In this document: positions 23,414 through 64,000 of the stretch, one piece after another
Layout: the number at the start of each line of letters is the position of its first letter
Position numbering within the stretch: the stretch's first letter is position 1
From: the human T2T-CHM13v2.0 reference genome, Homo sapiens
Assembly (NCBI RefSeq): GCF_009914755.1
Contig: NC_060936.1
Length of the DNA: 64,000 nt
Strand: one strand, 5' to 3'
Position numbers and translations under genes: made by a program
The notes under the pieces: generated by a model
Databases searched by the model: none
What the model was told of the DNA's origin: nothing
What the model saw: the letters and a program-made list of their open reading frames with translations, nothing else

Positions 23414-23734
23414 TTCTTAATTATACGTTACATAGGTATACACGTGCCATGGTAGTTTGCTGCACCTATCAACCCGTCATCTAGGTTTTAAGCCCTGTAT
23501 GCATTAGGTATTTGTCCTAATGCTCTCCTTCCCCTTACCCACCACCCCTGACAGGCCCCAGTGTGTGTTGTTCCCCTTCCTGTGTCCATGTGTTCTCGTT
23601 GTTCAACTCCCACTTATGAGTGACAACATGCAGTGTTTGGTTTTCTGTTCCTGTGTTAGTTTGCTGAGAATGATGGCTTCCAGCTTTATCCATGTCCCTG
23701 CAAAGGACATGAACTCATTCTTTTTTATGGCTAC
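23414..23734 (-). mobile_element. 5'-truncated L1PA 3' end
   Basis: CATTAGGTATTTGTCCTAATGCTCTCC...CTCCCACTTATGAGTGACAACATGCAGTGTTTGGTTTTCTGTTCC; flanked by TSD AGAAACCCAAG. Confidence 0.88.
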
Positions 23735-23745
23735 AGAAACCCAAG

Positions 23746-24290
<545 letters not shown>

Positions 24291-24360
24291 TAAAACCATG
24301 GACGCCAGAAAATACATTCTTGGTAGGATTTGTAAGGGTCCCCAGTTGTAATTTCTGATG

Positions 24361-24404
24361 CAGGAAAGAAAAAAAAATCAAGAACCAATACAGTGCACAG
24401 ATGT

Positions 24405-24430
<26 letters not shown>
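24361..24430 (-). terminator. GLTP: GLTP polyadenylation signal and downstream GU/U-rich element
   Basis: Plus-strand TTTATTTATT at 24421-24430 gives two overlapping AATAAA on the minus strand, followed on minus by TGTATTGGTTCTTGATTTTTTTTT. Confidence 0.85.
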
Positions 24431-54066
<29,636 letters not shown>

Positions 54067-54812
54067 TTCGGGGTCGAGGCCCGCGGTGATGCCCCAGCCG
54101 GCGCCGCGGGCGTCGACACCGCCCCCCCGGCCGCCGCCGTCAGCGCCGGGGCCGTCACAGCCGCCCGCCGCAGGCTCCGGGGACGCCAGCGTCGCCACTT
54201 CCGCCCGCACGGCGCCCTCGTAGCCGAGCGCTCAGCGCCGCCCGCCGGCCGAGCGCCTAAACTGCCGGGCGCGCCGCCCCGCCCCCGCTCACCGGCTCCC
54301 AATCCGCGCCCGCCGCCGAGGTCTCCGCGCCCCCATTGGCCGGGGGGCCGGCCGGGGGCGGGACGCAGAGGAGGTGCGCCGGTTCATGGGTCCCGGAGGG
54401 CCCAAGTGAGCCGCTCCCAGGTGAGTCTTCCCCAGGTGTGCCTCCCGCCGCCCCCGGTTTGGCCCCCCAATCCGGGCGGGCCGACTCGGGCCAGGTCACA
54501 GCTCACAACCCGCCCACCAGCTCGGGTTACAGCCCCACCCAGCCAACGCTCCCCAGGACCCCCGTTTCCCCCAAAATTGTACCCCAGTAACCCCAAGTGA
54601 CCTGGGTGGACACTGCTCTCCTGTTGGTCACGGTTCTCTTTCGCTACAACCGACGAGGACGCTCGATTGCTTGATTCTTGGTCTTCAATGACCTTATACC
54701 TGTTGAACACTGCTGAAGTCACAGTCTAACTCAGCCACTGCCCTGCTGGACAACTCCTGCTTCCCGAAATCTGGGGTCCAGTCTGCCCTCAACAGTCTGA
54801 TGTTACCTGTTG

Positions 54813-55364
54813 TGAGGCAGAAAAATAGGGCCTGGAGGCAGGGAACATAAGGCTGACTTCCTAGACCTAAATCAAAAAGCACCTTAGCAATGACAGGAAT
54901 GTAAACGGCTTTGCAACTTCACTTCATCCTCTCCATTCACGCCCTTTACACTTTGTAACTTCACATTCATCCTCTCCATTTACACAGACCACACACTCCA
55001 AGAAACATCCTCTCCATTTATACTTTGTAACTTCACATTCATCCTCTCCCACCAAGTAACATCCTCTCCATTTGCACATCCTCTCCATTTGCAATAGGGC
55101 ACATTCTGAGTAAATGACTCTGTGACTTCACTTCATTCTCTTCATTTACATAGAATATTCACCAAGTAACCAATGGGAAACCTCTAGAGTATTGAGACCC
55201 TAGAAAATTCTGTAAGCAGAGCTCTTGAGCCTCTACGCTCAAGCCTGCTCCCAAACTGTGGGGTGGACTTTTCGTTCTCAGTAAATCCTTGCTTTTGCTT
55301 TCCTTGCTTCGTTTGTGTGTTTTCTCCAAGATGCCAAGTACCTGGACACCTTCTACTGGTAACA
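54813..55364 (+). mobile_element. ERV1 solo LTR, MER51-family-like
   Basis: Begins TGAGGCAGAAAAATAGGGCCTGGAGGCAGGGAACATAAGGC and ends GACACCTTCTACTGGTAACA; 4-bp TSD GTTG/GCTG; CCAAT at ~55170; polyA-like AGTAAA at ~55280. Confidence 0.8.
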
Positions 55365-55629
55365 GCTGGAGCCAGCCCAGTTTATACCAATTCACCCACA
55401 ACCTGGACACTTGTTTCCCAAACCTAATGTCTCTCCAACAGCCCAGGGTCCAGCTTCTCACACCTTGAATCACAAGTCATCTCAGCCACAACCCACCTAG
55501 ATGCTTATGTCCTAAACCCAATGCCCAGCTTATGCAAAAATCTAACACACCATTGTTGAGAGCCTCTTATTCATTCCAGAATAAACATTTGCCATCCTTC
55601 CCACCCCTCCCCCACCCTCCACCACTATG

Positions 55630-55920
55630 TGTCATGCACTGCACTGGGCACTGAGGATAAAGTGAATGATACAGCAAAATCCCTGCCCTTGTGGAGCTGA
55701 CAATCTGGTTGGGAACACAACACAATGCAATACACAAATTGGTAAGACAACTTCAGACACTGATGAGTATGTGAAGAAAATAAAACAGTGTAGTGACGGA
55801 GGATGACTGAAGCCTGTTGGCTGAGATCGGATGTAGGGGTTTGGGAGCAGTACCTCTGAAGAGGTGATATTTGAGCTGAGACCTAGAGGAGAAGTAGGAT
55901 AGAGCCAGGTCAAAGACTTG
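55630..55920. mobile_element. L2 fragment
   Basis: CTGCCCTTGTGGAGCTGACAATCT...GAGGTGATATTTGAGCTGAGACCT is a typical L2 3' region. Confidence 0.6.
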
Positions 55921-55929
55921 GGGTGTGAG

Positions 55930-58179
<2,250 letters not shown>

Positions 58180-58399
58180 GAATCCATCTCTTAAAATTAA
58201 AAAATAAATAAACAAATAAATGGAACTATCAGGCTCTTCACCTGACTACTCATCCCCCAGAGCTGCTAGCTTTTCCAGTTCTTCAAGGGAAACCAGAAAA
58301 CTAGATCCGTAGGTAAAAATTGCTTGATTTTTAAATGTTGGCAACTAACTTGAATTTGTTAAGAACAAGATGTCAGCCACACAAAGCATTTTTTCTTTT

Positions 58400-61900
<3,501 letters not shown>

Positions 61901-62464
61901 GCGGGGGAGAGGTGGGAAGGAAAAGGGGAAGAGCCACAGAAACCTTCAGCAAGTTGGCTTTGGCTATGGGCCATCAGTTTCTCCCCTTAGCTTCCCGTAG
62001 TGTCAGGGAAATACTACCAGGCACAGAGGAGCCACCTCATCTTTTTGGATTGTTGGGTCACTGTACTTCTCCATGAGTTGCAAACCCTCTCTGCAATTAA
62101 TCTGTAGGACCAGCTTGACCAATGGAGTTGTAATGTTTGGAATCAACTCAGTGTGGGTGAGGTGTTCACTCTGCAAAGTTTCGTCATTTTCCTAAACCAG
62201 CTCCACCCAGTGTTAATAACATCTTCCCCAACTGAATCATCAAATCCTTGTTACACAGGCCGTCTTTCCCCCAGCGGTGTCTGTTGGGATGGGTGAAGTA
62301 GGCTGAGTTCGTGGTCTTGCTGACATTTTATCCAATAAACGCACCTTCTTTATTGCAGCATAGTAATAATAATAATGACAGCTAACATTTATTGAATACT
62401 TAACTATGTTTAAAACTCAACACTTCTACTTTCTAGCTGTGTGGCCTTGAGCAAGTCACTTCCT

Positions 62465-63295
62465 GTGTCAGTTTCCTGTGGCTGCTTGATGATTTAAAAC
62501 AATCAAAATGTATTCTCTCACAGTTCTAAAAGCCAGAAGTCCAAAATTAGTATCACTAGGGCAAAATCAAGGTGTTGGCTAGAACACACTCTCTCCGAAG
62601 GCTCTGAGCTGGGCACGGTGGTACGTGCCTGTAATCTTAGTTACTTGGGAGGCTGAGGTGGGAGGACTCCTTGAGTCGAGGAGTTTGAGACCAGCCTGGG
62701 CAACATAGCAAGGTCCTGTCACCAAAAAAAAAAAAAAAAGACTGGGCATGGTATCTCACACCTGTAATCCCAGGACTTTCGGAGGATGAGGAGGGAGGAT
62801 TGCTTGAGCTCAGGAGTTTGAAACCAGCCTGGGCAACATAGCAAGACCTCATCTCTACAAAATTAAAAGTAAAAGACGACTCTGGGCTGGGTGCGGTGGC
62901 TCATGCCTGTAATCCCAGCACTTTGGGAGGCCGAGGCAGGCAGATCACGAGGTCAGGAGATCGAGACCATCCTGGCTAACACGGTGAAACCCCGTCTCTA
63001 CTAAAAATACAAAAAATTAGTCGGGCGTGGTGGCGGGCGCCTGTAGTCCCAGCTGCTCAGGAAGCTGAGGCAGGAGAATGGCATGAACCCAGGAGGCAGA
63101 GCTTGCAGTGAGCCTGCTGCACTGCACTCCAGCCTGGGTGACAGAGAGAGACTCCATCTCAAAAAAAAAGACGACTCTGGAAGAAAATCTATTCTTGCCT
63201 CTTCCAGCCTCTGGTGGCTCTAGGCATTCCTGTCTCACTCCAGCCTCTGCCTCCATCTTCATGTGAGCTTCTCCTGTGTGTGTGTAAATCTTCCC
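62465..63295 (-). mobile_element. MLT1 (MaLR) LTR fragment split by an Alu cluster (~62607-63168)
   Basis: Typical MLT1 strings TATTCTCTCACAGTTCT...AGAAGTCCAAAAT...CAAGGTGTTGGC and TTGCCTCTTCCAGCCTCTGGTGGCT. The youngest Alu is flanked by TSD AAAGACGACTCTGG. Confidence 0.7.
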
Positions 63296-64000
63296 TCTGT
63301 TGTTTCATCTGTAAAGTTAGGACAGTAGCAATGCTAACTCCCTGTCAGGGCTGATGTGAGATTTCAATGGGTTAATGTAGATAGAGCAGTTTGCATGCTG
63401 GCAGGCAGGCAGCCCTCGATGAATGGTGTGGCTATTATGAATCGATTTACGGAGTTATTTCTACCCAGGACTGGCAATTGTGGGGATAATTGATTCCAGT
63501 GATGTCACCTCCCCAACTGCCAGGTTTTCAGCAGGACTAAATGTGCCAAATGGGCTTTGTTGAGCCAACTCCTCTGGGTGTTAAGAGCCACCATGCCAAT
63601 TCTCCTTGCTGCTTCTTGGGGCCCGTCTGCCGCCTCTCCCTAATTAATGCGAAGGCGCACCCGCCAACAGGCCCACTTGCTGTCATCCCAGGAAACACCC
63701 AAGTGGGATACAGCCAAGTTTTGGACATTTTTTCAGTTACTGGATAAAAATAGTATTTTGATCATTTTAACAGCACAGAGAAGAGGGAGAATGCCACCTT
63801 GTCCTCCATCTACAGGGGCAGCCTCAGGGGCTGAGAGGGCCTGGCCTTTGTAGTCTCACATGGATAAACTGTTCTAAGGAAGCCTGACTGTGTCACAATC
63901 CTAAGACAGTGTCATAGCACACTACCATTATCATTAAATTGAAGAAACATGAAAATGAACCAACCTGTGCAACACAAAAGACCTCATCTCTACAAAAAAA

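Noticed and set aside
54910-55150. Repeat-spacer-like pattern superficially resembling a CRISPR array
   Set aside because: Irregular spacing, degenerate units, located inside an LTR in human DNA, and no cas genes.

Overview
Human (primate) genomic DNA that I recognise as the TRPV4-GLTP interval of chr12q24.11. It is very rich in Alu and other repeats. The complete 5-exon GLTP gene lies on the minus strand: CDS exons 54066-53964, 32206-32148, 31124-30991, 29234-29084 and 26200-26018 total 630 nt and encode an intact 209-aa protein, and the polyA signals are at ~24421-24430. The left part holds the non-coding first exon and CpG-island promoter of TRPV4 (minus strand, donor at 6813-6812), overlapped antisense by the MIR4497 hairpin. 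Bases 1-6813 are TRPV4 intron 1. Also present are a 7SL pseudogene, a processed RBIS/C8orf59 pseudogene interrupted by an Alu and a MADE1, two ERV1-type solo LTRs with 4-bp TSDs, L1/L2/MIR/MER20/MER30/Tigger/MLT1 relics, simple repeats and dozens of Alus. I found no prokaryote-style or wholly new multi-gene system. The best leads are: a perfect 232-bp Alu-Alu-mediated tandem duplication in GLTP intron 1, a candidate poison exon in GLTP intron 2, an open in-frame non-AUG N-terminal extension of GLTP, a divergent spliced transcript from the GLTP promoter, and an intergenic CTCF+NRF1 element. Repeat family names and repeat coordinates are read by eye and are approximate.
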